From Trichoplax sp. H2 (Eukaryota): DNA of 64,000 nucleotides. The notes under the pieces were generated by a model. The model was not told where the DNA came from. It made no database searches and saw only the letters and a list, made by a program, of their open reading frames with translations. Below are positions 51,901 through 64,000 of the stretch, one piece after another. A program made the translations under genes and the position numbers. The stretch lies in NCBI GenBank assembly GCA_003344405.1, contig NOWV01000013.1:62001-126000 (forward strand), written 5' to 3'. Numbering within the stretch: position 1 is the stretch's first letter; each line of letters opens with the position of its first letter.

Positions 51901-54284
51901 GTCACACTTTCAATGTAAGAAGTAGGGAATGATTTCAAGATGTGTCTGATAGGTATTCCTGATAGCAATTTGGGCTTCATGCTCGTTACATATTTACATT
52001 ATCATTTGTTCTAGCAATTGCTTAAGATTGTCGGACTGCACGGGAAAATTGTCTGGCTTTACCTGTAAGTTGTAATCGTTGCCGATATAATCCAAATTAG
52101 TAAAGCATTTCTAACCAATCGAACTAATATATCGCTAATTATGATTATGATGAATCTAACCCGATTGCAAGACCGAAGATAGAAGTAGAAACTCTTTCCT
52201 TGAACATCTATCTACAAAATAAATCCTATTTCAGATATTATTTTCTACTAATAATTAATTATATATAATTTCTTTCTTTCTATAATTGATAATTTTTCCA
52301 AAAAATTGCATGAGTGATTAAGTAGAAATTCTTTCCTTATATACTAGCGTCAGAATTGATGCAATTTTATTTATAATTTATACCACTGAGGTATAAATTA
52401 TCGACAGTTTGTAAATAACAATTCGACCTATTTTATTCTCTCATTTACGCTATCTGTTGTTTTTTATACGTTTAAAGTTTAAGAATTAATTATTTCCTTA
52501 CAGAGCTTAAATATAGTAATTGTTATTCCAGGTGTATTTATGGACCACTAGCATTTACTGTTAATTATGTACCTAATTAAGGATTAATTTACTCCATCTT
52601 TTCTTGTACGCTTCTACGAAGTGTCTACTTATATGCAGTACTTTTATAGGAGTAATAGATAATCAGAAATTCTTTCTCTAACTATTCATATAAGTTTATA
52701 ATTTATACATATCATTTCTAAAAATTACGTATTCGTATTTTCTTTGAGTTATATTTTCATTGTCAGATATTAAAAAAATTATTTCAGATATTTCCGAAAG
52801 TTATGTAAACTAGCCGATAAAACTATCTCTTTATATAATCGCAAACTATTAGCTTTTTTTAAACAGAATTTTAGCTATATCTATTGTATTGAAATAATAT
52901 CCTAGAGGAAAAAATAGTTGTGGTCATGTATCTGCATATATCTAAGTGCAAAATAGCAATAATAGCATTTTACTAGAAGAACAGCAAATTAAGAAATATA
53001 GCAAAAAATCTCGACTAACTACATAGGTATACAGTATCTATTATTCCACTATCATCGCTTAAATATTGCCATTTAGCAATTTATCAAAGAAGTAACATGA
53101 TAACGTATAAGCCTAAATTTAAATCAACACAAATAAAATTGCAAAGGCTAGAATCATTTACATATCTGAATCGAGATCAAAAACCAATCATTTATACAAA
53201 TTACTTTAAGTCTTTATTTAGCTTGTTGATTGAGGTAATCAAGACCATGATAAAACATTATTCTAATTTTTGTATGTAGTCATATAATTTTCTCGATTAA
53301 TTAATCTTCAATTTCAGAGTAGATAGTATAGCTGAGTCAAGAAATATTTTAATACCTCTAAATTAAAACTAAGGGAAATCATGTGTTTAGATTATTTTTT
53401 GCAATCATAAGTTCCTTAACCAGTCGAGCCGATTTCAGAAATAATCATCTACTCTAATTCCTATTAGCAGTAATGCAATTTGTTTGAATAAGCTTTTAAA
53501 AAACTAGAGGCTGTTGCGTGTTCAACAAATATTTAGTTGTTTTAAACTAAGGTCAACTATTTATCAATGTGGATTCTAACCAGTCAGGTAATTTTGATTA
53601 TGATCTCTACAAGTCAAGATAGATATCAGCTTATTCAAGAAATATCAAAATATTACCGCAACGTGGACGAGATCTATTGTCAGTTCTATTTGTTTTAAGC
53701 AGTCATGTAATTTCTTGCATTACCAATCTTAAAATATCAGCATAGAAGCTATTACTAAGTCAAGAAATATCTAAATATGAACTAGGATAATTATTTCATT
53801 CTAATTACATGGAACAGCTGCAGAATTTTATGACTAATGTATTACAGTGATCTTACTTTATCCATTTTTACACAAAAGTAAATACAGTGCTTCCTTCAAA
53901 AAATCATATCTAAAATAGCATTTAATTAACTTGAGCAGCCATCCAATTTATTACAGAATCAAACCATTTTCTAGAAATGATTAATGCGAGAATTAGACGA
54001 TAGCGTTTATGTTATAGCAAAACTCTCTGCCTAACTAAATATAAGTTTATCAGTATGGTAGTAGAAAACATTGGAAAAGATCATATTGAAGCAGACAAAT
54101 CTTGTATAGCTTTATATCTAATCAAAACTTTGGAATTGTTGCGAAAAACTTCCCTTTTCATACCAAAAATAACATTTAATGTAGGTAAATGCTAAAAGTT
54201 ACCTTACTAAAAGATCAACTATTGAGGAGACTAGCAGAAATTGCTATAATGTTGTCAAACGGTAGCATTCGACAAAATATACTG

Positions 54285-55457
54285 TTACAAAACTCTGATT
54301 GTTCCAATCTCAAATTTGGAATCAATTTCATCTTTCTTATATTTTTTGCCACCATAACCACATAGAACTGCAACATAAACCGCAGTTTGATAAAACAAGG
54401 TCAAAAGAGCAATTATAGGCACCAATAAGAAAGTAACATAATATAAAACAGATCGGAATAAAACAAAACAGCCTAAGTTTGGCTTCTTATTCGGTAAAAG
54501 GATAACCAGCATGATAATAATTATGAAGGCAACTGGTAATGATAAATAAAATAGAATTCGATGGACGTAAAAAAACCGATTAAAGATATTAGGAAAAACT
54601 TCGTTATCGCTAACTGGTAGAGGAAAATACATCACAGTAAATGCAAGTGGACTGGCAACAATAATCATAATAAATAATGATATCGGAAAGGCAACTAAAA
54701 TTATAAAGCTAACATTAGCAAATGTTTTACCTTGGCAATCGAAATAGCTTTCATTAAGTCTACCCTTATTAATAAATCCTACCGACATGATATACAGGAA
54801 GGCATAGATTGTCTGTAAGCCTACGGTAATAAATTTTAATATAAAGAAATAGCTATTGCTTACTGTTAAAGAGAGCACAGTACATGTTTTAGTAGTTATA
54901 AAATCAGATGTTGATGATAGAAGGCCTTGATTGATGGCGCATTGGAGGCAATTAATTCCTAATGGCTTTAATTCTAAATGGATAAATATAATAGCCATGC
55001 ATGCTTGTGGAATACCTTCCAATAAAATAGGTTGTATTTTTGATATTAAAACTGCTCGATTAAACGATTTAAATTGGAGAAATTGTGGACGTAATAATTG
55101 AAGAAAAATCATTTGTAATAACATAACATCCATATAGATTGAAATAATGAAGAAGATAATAAAGACGCCGTAAGCAAGAGCGAAAGAAGAAGCACTCTCG
55201 ACCAAGTCATAAGTACCACAGCAAGCATTCCTATCATTCGGGCAATGATCAAATCGCAATACTGTTTCTCCATCGTAGGTAAGATTTTGTAGAAATCGCA
55301 TAACTTGAGTCGATGAGATCAGAATCGTTATATCAGATATATTATCCGCAATAATAGATATAAAATGAAAACTACTCAGCCCTATCGTTAGCCATGTCCA
55401 TTTATTGGCTTTAGTAGCTGTTTCATCACCATCTTTACTATCGCAATCCTCAGCCAT
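54285..55457 (-). CDS. Intronless multipass membrane protein, XK/Xkr-like family copy 4 (390 aa)
   Basis: ORF with about 7-8 hydrophobic segments. TM1 ADNISDI (D-x3-D) and TM3 LLEGIPQ (E-x2-PQ) resemble conserved XK-family motifs. Cys loops match the paralogs. Confidence 0.8.
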   Translation of the reverse strand: MAEDCDSKDGDETATKANKWTWLTIGLSSFHFISIIADNISDITILISSTQVMRFLQNLTYDGETVLRFDHCPNDRNACCGTYDLVESASSFALAYGVFIIFFIISIYMDVMLLQMIFLQLLRPQFLQFKSFNRAVLISKIQPILLEGIPQACMAIIFIHLELKPLGINCLQCAINQGLLSSTSDFITTKTCTVLSLTVSNSYFFILKFITVGLQTIYAFLYIMSVGFINKGRLNESYFDCQGKTFANVSFIILVAFPISLFIMIIVASPLAFTVMYFPLPVSDNEVFPNIFNRFFYVHRILFYLSLPVAFIIIIMLVILLPNKKPNLGCFVLFRSVLYYVTFLLVPIIALLTLFYQTAVYVAVLCGYGGKKYKKDEIDSKFEIGTIRVL

Positions 55458-57166
55458 TCTCTCAATAAAGACAAATTGGGTTGATATTAGAACTAGAAAG
55501 AATGCTATTATAGCGTTGTTATACTTTCTTTCGAGACAAGAACTGATTGGAAAAGATCAATCTGAAAGATGAATCATCCTACTTGAAAGTTGTATACTTT
55601 TATAATTGCTGACGTGATATATTTAATTTCTGATGATTAATTATCATCTAATTATCATAAAATAAAATTATCATTGTTGTTGACTACCCACTTACTAAAC
55701 GCGTCTATTTGACTGATGCCTTAATTCATTGATAAACAAAAATATTCAGAGCAATAATACTATATATTATTGGTTCGTTTGTAGCATTCCTACTGAGTAA
55801 TATGCAAATAAGTGGTCTAAAATTAATTTGTTCCAAAATTAACGACCACATATATCAACTGCAGGTATAGTGTCTTTTAATCAATAAATATCGTGCTTAA
55901 AATTTAGGGGCAGAAAGCTGATTCCATGTTTATTTTATCTATCGGCTCAAGTAAATTTTCGAGACAAATAAGGTAATAAAATAAAATTGGGAGCAGCTAA
56001 ATCGTTGTCCATCTTGAGTGTTCTTAAAACGGGATAAAATTTTTAAGCTAACCTTTCTCTACAATCGGATCATTCATGATAATATGTCATTAGTTGGCCC
56101 AGTATCGATCAGATAATTCTTCTTGTTGTATTCGTAAGCAATTGATTACAGAGAAGTAAATGCTTTACCAACAGAAATTGATGAATAAAAGTCTGATAGC
56201 TTTATTAATTTTGAGATCATATCAAAAATAGTAGATCTCTAAGAGCACATAGAAGACTGTATTATGAATTTTAATCATTAATAAGCTATGCGAGAAAATA
56301 GCTATAAATGAATGAGTGTAGGCCACTTCATGAAATACACTTAAAAAAAGTTTTTCTGTTGGTTCAAATTTTTGTATTTTACGATCTACATACGATCATC
56401 AATCGCTAAAACGACGTAAGTGGTATAGCTCTTACGCCAAAAAATACATTGCTTGTATTTCTATAATATTAGTTTACGGTAGCTAGCATTTCACGAAGAA
56501 TGTAAAAAATAGCCTACAAATACAAGTTTTTTTGGTAATGGAGATTTAGTCTTCAGGTCATCATTGAAATCAATTCAGAGGACATTTACCTTAGGCATAA
56601 TGGCTATAGGTGCGGTATCCAGGTGAAACGTAATTTCAACTTGCAACATTGAAACAAGTACTGACATCAAGTAATAATACGAGAAATATAATGTTGATAA
56701 AATCTAAAATTTGAATGATGTACAAAATTATGACATTATACCAATAATATCATGTTGTCATTTAAGTGGTATAATCTGTCATTATAAGTTACTTTAGTAA
56801 TCTTATCATGATCGGCATTTAAATTATTCATACATATATGTACGAATGCACGGTACCATCAATTTCAAGTAAACTGATGTGCGTACAAAGCGATTTATAG
56901 ATAAACGTTTATATCTGTATGAGTGTTACATTGAGCTTATTCATTATCTAATTTACCATTGGATGCCAACAATGTCATTGTCGATATTTCAACTATCACG
57001 TTTCAATACCACATCCTTCGTGATATACAAAGCTAAATCACTAATCGACTTCTACATTGTGATTTATATTTAATTAATTAATTAACAAAGCTAACATATG
57101 AGATTATTTTATAATTAAAATGTACTAGCATTTCAGCTGGGTTTCAAAATTGTAACGTAGATGAAA

Positions 57167-60100
57167 TTATAATGGCTTCAAGCTGTTATATTCATAATCT
57201 GACAACAAATTTGGCCCTTTATTAGAAGTATTCACGTTTTTTCTAGTCGTACACGTGGCATATGAAATAATCATCCCCAAAAGGAAGCCTCCAATTGCAA
57301 TAACTATGGCCGTGGCAAAAGGAAAATGTTCTAAAGTTTTAAAGGATAAATAAACAATAAATATCGTAGAACTAGAAGAATCAATCATGTGCTATTATAT
57401 TAACATAATGTGTTACCTTTTGTGACTGTTGCTTTTTTATTGCAAAGTTCTGAAAAATTACCAGGTGGAGCAGCAACGGCGCTAGTTAGTCTAGAATAGA
57501 TTTTGCAATTGACTAATGTAAGAAATAAACGTTTGGTAAATATCAAAAATAGTCACTTTAATTGAAAAACCAACTTTATAAATTTATCCAGAGGACAATA
57601 AGTACTACATCCAGGAATGGTTAAAACATACGGTGAATTTGTAGAATTACGATACAATATTTGCACAAAGTAATCCCTATAAAGGTAAATAGCCAAGTTA
57701 GTCAATGAAAATTGGAGAAAATTATTTGTATTTTCATCTTCGCTTGTTGTCATTACTAAAGCGTACGCACTTTTTATTGTCAACGTATAGTTCTATCAGT
57801 ACAGCCGCACTATAAGGTGGTTGCAATCCATTTGCGATAGAAAGTGCACAAAGTAGCGCCATTACAGTAGTATCATGCTAAAATAGAAAGATTGATAGAA
57901 TGGCTTATTAAATAACTATTAGATTCTTTAGCAGTTTGCGGCAGCATTTAACTGCGCTATTTCTGATTATTTAAAACACTAAATATTGTTTCAAGTTTAC
58001 ACTTACTGATGAATACATCATCATTTTGATAGGTCTGTCCTTTTTTCCTGCTCTTACTAATTTCATATCGTTTATTATACGATGAACTAACACTCCAGCA
58101 GCTATCTGTTGAGCTGGCTTTCCATGAAACAGAGCCATCATACCAAAATTAGAAATATGGTACAATGTTTCTATAGTTTCGTTTGTAGCCCATTTTGGTA
58201 AGGTGAGATCATGTTGTTGCTGATAAATAAGGTAATGCAATGATTGAAGATCGGCTTTAGCCACAAATCAAAGAATAGGAATCTAATATCACCTTACCTC
58301 GCAAAATAGCGAATCATATAGCTTCCATGAATTGCTTAAGTTTAATGGTTTCTTGTAGCCAGCAAGCTTGCTGACATTTTTAAGAAAATCCTATGATTAT
58401 CATGTCACCGAAAAGATAAATTACTTATCGATACAAAGCATGAATACTTCAAAGCGAAAGAAATAGACAGTTATGGATAGCAAGTAAAAAATTGCAATAT
58501 ACAATAGAATTATTGAATAGGATGAGTAGGAAGGAACTATTCGAATTTACTACGTGAATACCTCGTATTTATTCGAAAAGTTTTTATACTCTGCAGACAT
58601 CCGATACTGTTTTTTTAGGTCCATATACCTTTTGCATGGCAAGTTATAGGCAAGTAATAACTAAATTTTCCAAATATGATACGCGTATTACCTCCCGATC
58701 GAAATACAAGTACACTGCAATATTATTACAACACAGTTCATTGAAGCTTTTTAAATGTTTTACCGTATCTTCCGCTTTAGGTACGGTATGGATTGGTACT
58801 GGCTGCCAGGCAAGATTTTTATTCCAGACCTGTGTAGAGACGCGTACGATACAAGTATGGTATTACAGTAGCTCATTAGATGCTTTTTCAACAATAGTAA
58901 GATGGCAATCAATAACTTTGTGATACCTGTCTACCATGAGGTGGATACAATGAACTGAGTTGGGATTCGGCACTCATTAATGTCCGATCTACATTCGTAC
59001 TACGAATACTCACCTTTAAACGGAATTTTTTACAAGATTTTATGATTAAAATTACGTGTAATAGTCATTTTCATAAAATAATTGCTATTATGACACAACA
59101 GAAATATATTATACTAGTATTGTTACCCCTAACAGTTGAAATTGAAATTTTTTGTATAAATTTACCTCCTTTCGAATGTAACTTCTATTCAAAAATCGAA
59201 AATTTTCGATATAGCGTTTCTTAAGAAATTTTCCTAATGCTGCCTCTTGTCGCATTCCTCTCTAATAAAAAAAGTAAATACGTGATAGAAGAGTGTCATG
59301 ACACAATGTCATAACTGTTATATCTAATATAATTAAAATGATGGTATTGTATTTCATATTTTATCTACAGCTGATAGCATTTACGCATTACAAATAATAT
59401 ATACAGTAAAGTAATTAGTATTGATTCGATTTCAACATTAAAGTAAGACTAGAGAAGTGCAGCATAGGAATCGATAACTTGAATAGTCTTTTGAGCTAAA
59501 TATGTACTAAAGTATGTAAGACAACAGATGTAGTTGCTGTTGCAATAATAAATACAATTAGTGACTGTAAATTATTATTATCCAGTTAATTATCAAAAAA
59601 AGATACAGAAGTAAAAAAAAACAATTTATGAACAAGATACAGTAATATAAATTTACAAAGTAACGTATCTATGAACCTGGGTCAGTTGTCCGGTTCCTTG
59701 AGGCCAAACTTTAGCCCTATTAGGAGAGTTTGGATATATTACCATAGGTGCTCTATCGCCATGACGGTAAACCTAGTTAAAAACAGATAAATAGCAATTT
59801 AATTTGAAGACAGGAAATTAAGCATAAAAGTAATTATTTCAAATAGAATGAAAATAATAAACCACATTATTCATTTGAACCAAAAAACAATACTCTTCGT
59901 GAAATAGATATGTATCATAGATTACGTTAAAAGTTAGATGCTATAAGTTGCATAATAATAATTCACTTATTAGCTAGTATATAAATTTACTATAATTCTA
60001 ATAACTTGAGTTTGTAATAGTCATGGGTCGGAATAAAGCTTAAATCACAATTCATTTATCTCTATTGAACGATATTTATTCAATATAGATATGTACGTAT

Positions 60101-61074
60101 AAGTAAGCTAATCTTTGTAAATAATAACATTTAATAATCTTCATAATACAAATATGCAGAATACTATCTTAACTATTCTTTCAAGTCCACACGTGCACAT
60201 ATGAGTATAATTGGAGAAACTTTACACTTTTAAGATTATCCAATTATACTATACGGTTTCAATTATCAGTATAATTAATGGTATTTACTGATGATATGCA
60301 ATTTCGTGTATAAGGGTCATTGTAAGGCTTGAAATGTTGTCCTTTTACAACAATTAATTATGATTGAGTGTAATTACAAGTATTGTTGAGCATAGGTGGC
60401 ATTAGAGTACCATATTTGCTCAACATGGACATAGTAATACGAGCCATGGTTAATCATAATTTACAGTTCATTTCATACTTGATCAGAGAGGGATAAAGTA
60501 TAGATAAATCAGGGGTACAATTGCAAAGTAAATTGATAGACTTGATCTCCATACATGTTCTGCAACAGCGCTGTTGAGTATACCGCATATTGAACTGAAA
60601 TATCTCATTAGCGATGAGAATTTTATGGGCAAAATTACGTTACAGAGTGATTTCCAAGATCGACCGAGGTCGAAAGTACAACTGTAGATGCGATTCCATC
60701 GTCAAAGTTGATACAGTATATAACATGTGTAAGGCTCAATAGAAATTCATAACTACACAGTATACTACCATGGACTTTATAAATACGGTAAATCTAGAAG
60801 TCCATGATACTACACGAGTAAAATACAACTGCATCAATCGATATCCAACGCCATTATCATGTTAGTGGAAGTTTACGTACGTTTATCCTATGACAAACAA
60901 CAAATCATAGGCGTACAAGGCATGATGATAATTACTGTTGACATGGCGACACATGGCTCTTACCGTACTGACAAAAACGAGCTTCTTGTTACGCTTTGGA
61001 CGGGCGCTTGAAGTCAATGCTATAAACGACACGAATAAACAAGATAGAATGGCACAGTTCAACTTCACAGACAT
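57167..61074 (-). CDS. ACP2: Lysosomal-type histidine acid phosphatase (ACP2-like), 12 exons: 60964-61074, 59677-59772, 59166-59261, 58927-59013, 58764-58829, 58562-58660, 58298-58390, 58007-58219, 57771-57877, 57575-57676, 57417-57490, 57167-57330
   Basis: Signal peptide, catalytic RHGDRAP, WPQGTGQLT, RSTNVDRTLMSA, WQPVPIHT, SSHDTTV (HD motif) and CPLDKF. The C-terminal TM helix is followed by a YxxPhi-type tail (YNSL). All introns are GT-AG and in phase. Exact orthology within the ACP2/ACP3 family is inferred. Confidence 0.9.
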
Positions 61075-61719
61075 CTTCTAGCCAGGTTTCTCGTCCAATT
61101 TTTATCCTTTTTTTCCACAGTCAAGATCTGCTTTTTACGACAGATGATACGAATATAAGAGTATATAGCAGCTGGTTTAAGCTTAAAGTGGTACTCATAC
61201 GTATGCTAGTAATGTTGTAGTATTGATTAAAATTAGGATTGAAACTCCAACAAGAGGCTCAGTGATAAAATAAAATCCGATATTGTTGATTGAAATCACT
61301 GATTCGATACTAAAAATCAAACTACTGCCAATTGACCACATTCTGATGAGATTTGTAAACAGAGCGGTAAAGCAGACAAGAAAGTACAATGGACTATTGC
61401 CTATCAAATCCAGTTGTAAAGCTATTGCCTTGTAGTTTGTCATTTTTATTCTTTTTGACTAAAGATATTGGAAAAGTGGCGCAAAATTGGTGTTCACGTC
61501 CGCCAATACGACGTGCAAGCCATTGACTATGCAACGTTACATGATTGCCATTGGCAGATACAAAACCTCTTACTATGCTTCTAAGTCAAGTTTTAAATGG
61601 ATACAATGAACAAATAGCATTCTATCTACCTTCTATAGATACTCAATGTTGTTCATCTAAAATATTGTAGCCAATTTTCACAGAAAGAAACTCGTTTCTA
61701 TCAATTTTTGACGTGGAAA

Positions 61720-62040
61720 AATGGCTGCTGGCCGATATCCTCGATTCGTAATGAGCAAGCAACCAGTACGTCACGTTACGGTTCGGTCCAGTCCAGTACT
61801 TCAATGACTGTAGTGCGTGGTGAATGACTTCACCTTATGGCAGTCACCTCACTGTCCCATGACTTGACCCGCTTCACTCAACTAGTCACACATAGGGGTT
61901 GATTGAAGTGACTCGGCGAGTCATCCCATACTGTATGATGTCAACAGGGCTGATTTGTGACGCTCGTTATCCGCCGTGGCAACTAGTGACAAACCGGGTG
62001 GGTAATCCGAACCGAACCGGGCCATCTCAGTACAGTCATG
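61720..62040. promoter_or_regulatory. GC-richer island between the divergently oriented phosphatase and TPGS2 genes; candidate bidirectional promoter
   Basis: Lies about midway between the two start codons (61074 and 62728). Contains repeated GTCAC/GTGAC motifs, the palindrome TGACTCG-G-CGAGTCA (61909-61923), flanking CGGTTCGG/CCGAACCG and an X-box-like half-site GCCGTGGCAAC (~61973-61983). Confidence 0.45.
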
Positions 62041-62727
62041 ATACTATAATGTAATGTATAAGTATACGATATGTTACGGGTAAATACAGTACGCCTAGAT
62101 GTACATATGTTAACCTATATATACAATATATATACAAGTATATACTGTACGAGTATACACATTACTTTATATGGCATATAGGGGGATTTAGGCTATCGCT
62201 TGTACGAATTAATCCTATTCCTGCAACATTCGAACCAGCAGCATATCCGTGTATTACTAATGAATTAATTCATTAATTAACTCTGTCCAGGTGAAAATAG
62301 TATTTAATCGCTTAGTCAGTCACAATCGAATAGGATCGTAGATTAGTGTGAATAAAGGAAATCTCTCTATAAGTATATTAGTCCTACTCTGTAACCCACA
62401 ACTGAAATAAGCAGCAAGTACAAACTAGTTCTGCTCTGGAGGACTGAATTGATTGATTGATTTTATACTTACTGCACAGCGCGCTAAGATATTTAGCTTA
62501 TAAATAGCTTATGTAATTATGTTTGGACCATTGATTTAAGTTTGAAAAGTAACGCAGTACTGTACTGTACAGTACAAACTTTACTACAGAAGACGAAATA
62601 GAATTTAGCCAGTTATTAGTTATTAATCTAGAAAGTGTTGAACCATAAGAAATACCCAATCGAATCAACCTGCCAATATAGCATCGATATCAAAATACCG
62701 CCTTAACAATCAAATAATCCTGGTGCA

Positions 62728-64000
62728 ATGGAACATATCAGTAATAGCGATCAAACAGACGTGGGCGAATCATCAGAAAGTCATCATCAGATTTTAATTT
62801 CTAACATTATCAGCAAGATAGGTAAGAGACAACTATTGTACAGTTAACAATTCATATCTTCTAGAATTTCAATTCGTTACACATATATGTAGATTTTAAT
62901 GAATATTAGCATTGGCAATCATATGTGCGTATGCGTATAATTATCTTCACTATTTCCTTACATTACAGTATGCTGGGAAATGATGCTAAATAAATGTCTA
63001 TGTAATGCTAAAAAATCTCTTATTCACTGTACTTTACATTTACTTCATGAGTGTTTATGATTGATAATATTTGTATTATCGTATAAGAATTGTTATTATT
63101 GCTAATATTTTCAATTTGATTGTGAATTCTACACAAATTAGACATTTACATAACTCCAATCTATCTGCATAACGTACTTTTAAGGCTGAACAATAATATC
63201 ATAATATACAGTATAGTATTGAAATTCAAACACGCCATCCATGTAAAGTGTGCAAGATAATGGTTTGAAAATCGTAACACAGTAGTTTAGTAGCACCAAA
63301 GAAAATTGAAGTAAACTCCATAAACTACAAACATTCAACTCTATGCAAAATTACATAGCAGCGGAACTATCCAATGATATTTACTATTGATATGGAATAA
63401 ATACAAATAACGATCATTAGAATGTACGTAGATGAAATTGAATGTTTCGTTGTTCTAAAATCTTAAATTGTCTCCTGAAAATAAGAAAGTCTACCCAAAG
63501 TCGTCAATGTCGATCATGTAGATTATCCACCAGTCGATCAAAATGATATTCAAGCCTGGGAACGGGTGAACATAAGTATATGCAAATAATTTTGTAAATC
63601 TATTAAATTTACTGTAATAAATTTATTAGGCATAATAACTGTATTAATTTAAGAAAAGCTAGCTGAGTAAAGTGTTAATATTGCTAATTTAACATGAAAT
63701 AATATTCAATTTCTACAAATTAATATCAAGTCTAGAGCAATAATGATCTACTTATCAAAATTAGATGAAAATAATATTTTACAATATTTTAACCTTACAA
63801 TCATACACTAGTATTTAGTTGTACCGAAGAAAACTGATCAAAACATATTAGTAGTTTATTAATTAATGAACAATTTACAAGATTTCATGTTAAACTTATT
63901 AATATATAACTTTATATCACAGAAACATACTTGTAGCATGCCGGACGATCTGAAAGCATTTTATATGCTTTCTAATGGTTTTCTACTGACGTGGTCAGTC
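62728..64000 (+). CDS. TPGS2: Tubulin polyglutamylase complex subunit 2, 5' partial. Exons 62728-62821, 63486-63565, 63923->64000
   Basis: Spliced translation: MEHISNSDQTDVGESSESHHQILISNIISKIESLPKVVNVDHVDYPPVDQNDIQAWERKHTCSMPDDLKAFYMLSNGFLLTWSV. This matches the TPGS2 pattern as I recall it (PP...I..WE.K..C.MP.D.K.FY...NGF..TWSV). GT-AG joins are in phase. Confidence 0.85.

Noticed and set aside
37920-55457. Calling the four membrane ORFs rhodopsin-type GPCRs
   Set aside because: No DRY, CWxP or NPxxY motifs are visible, and the Cys- and sequon-bearing loop after TM1 implies a cytosolic N-terminus.

Overview
AT-rich eukaryotic DNA with short GT-AG introns. The compact gene structure and abundant TACAGTA/TACTGTA motifs suggest an early-branching animal such as a placozoan, but this is inference and unconfirmed. 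Three conserved genes can be rebuilt exon by exon: GINS4/SLD5 (+, 35094-36868), a lysosomal-type histidine acid phosphatase (ACP2-like, -, 57167-61074) and the 5' part of TPGS2 (+, from 62728). Two unrecognised gene families fill most of the rest. (1) At 6-32 kb is a cluster of 3-exon genes encoding a signal peptide, a helical pro-segment, usually a basic cleavage site, two tandem Frizzled-CRD-like cysteine domains and a GPI-like hydrophobic tail. It has three intact copies, one disrupted copy and one relic. (2) At 38-55.5 kb is a cluster of four intronless, strongly diverged 368-390 aa multipass membrane genes with XK/Xkr-like motifs. It also holds one clear internally deleted relic, one possible relic and decayed LRR-like coding sequence. 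The window further contains an orphan promoter-like island (~19.3-19.7 kb), many local tandem duplications and two 20-N gaps with duplicated flanks. Family assignments come from motif recognition by eye, not from database searches.
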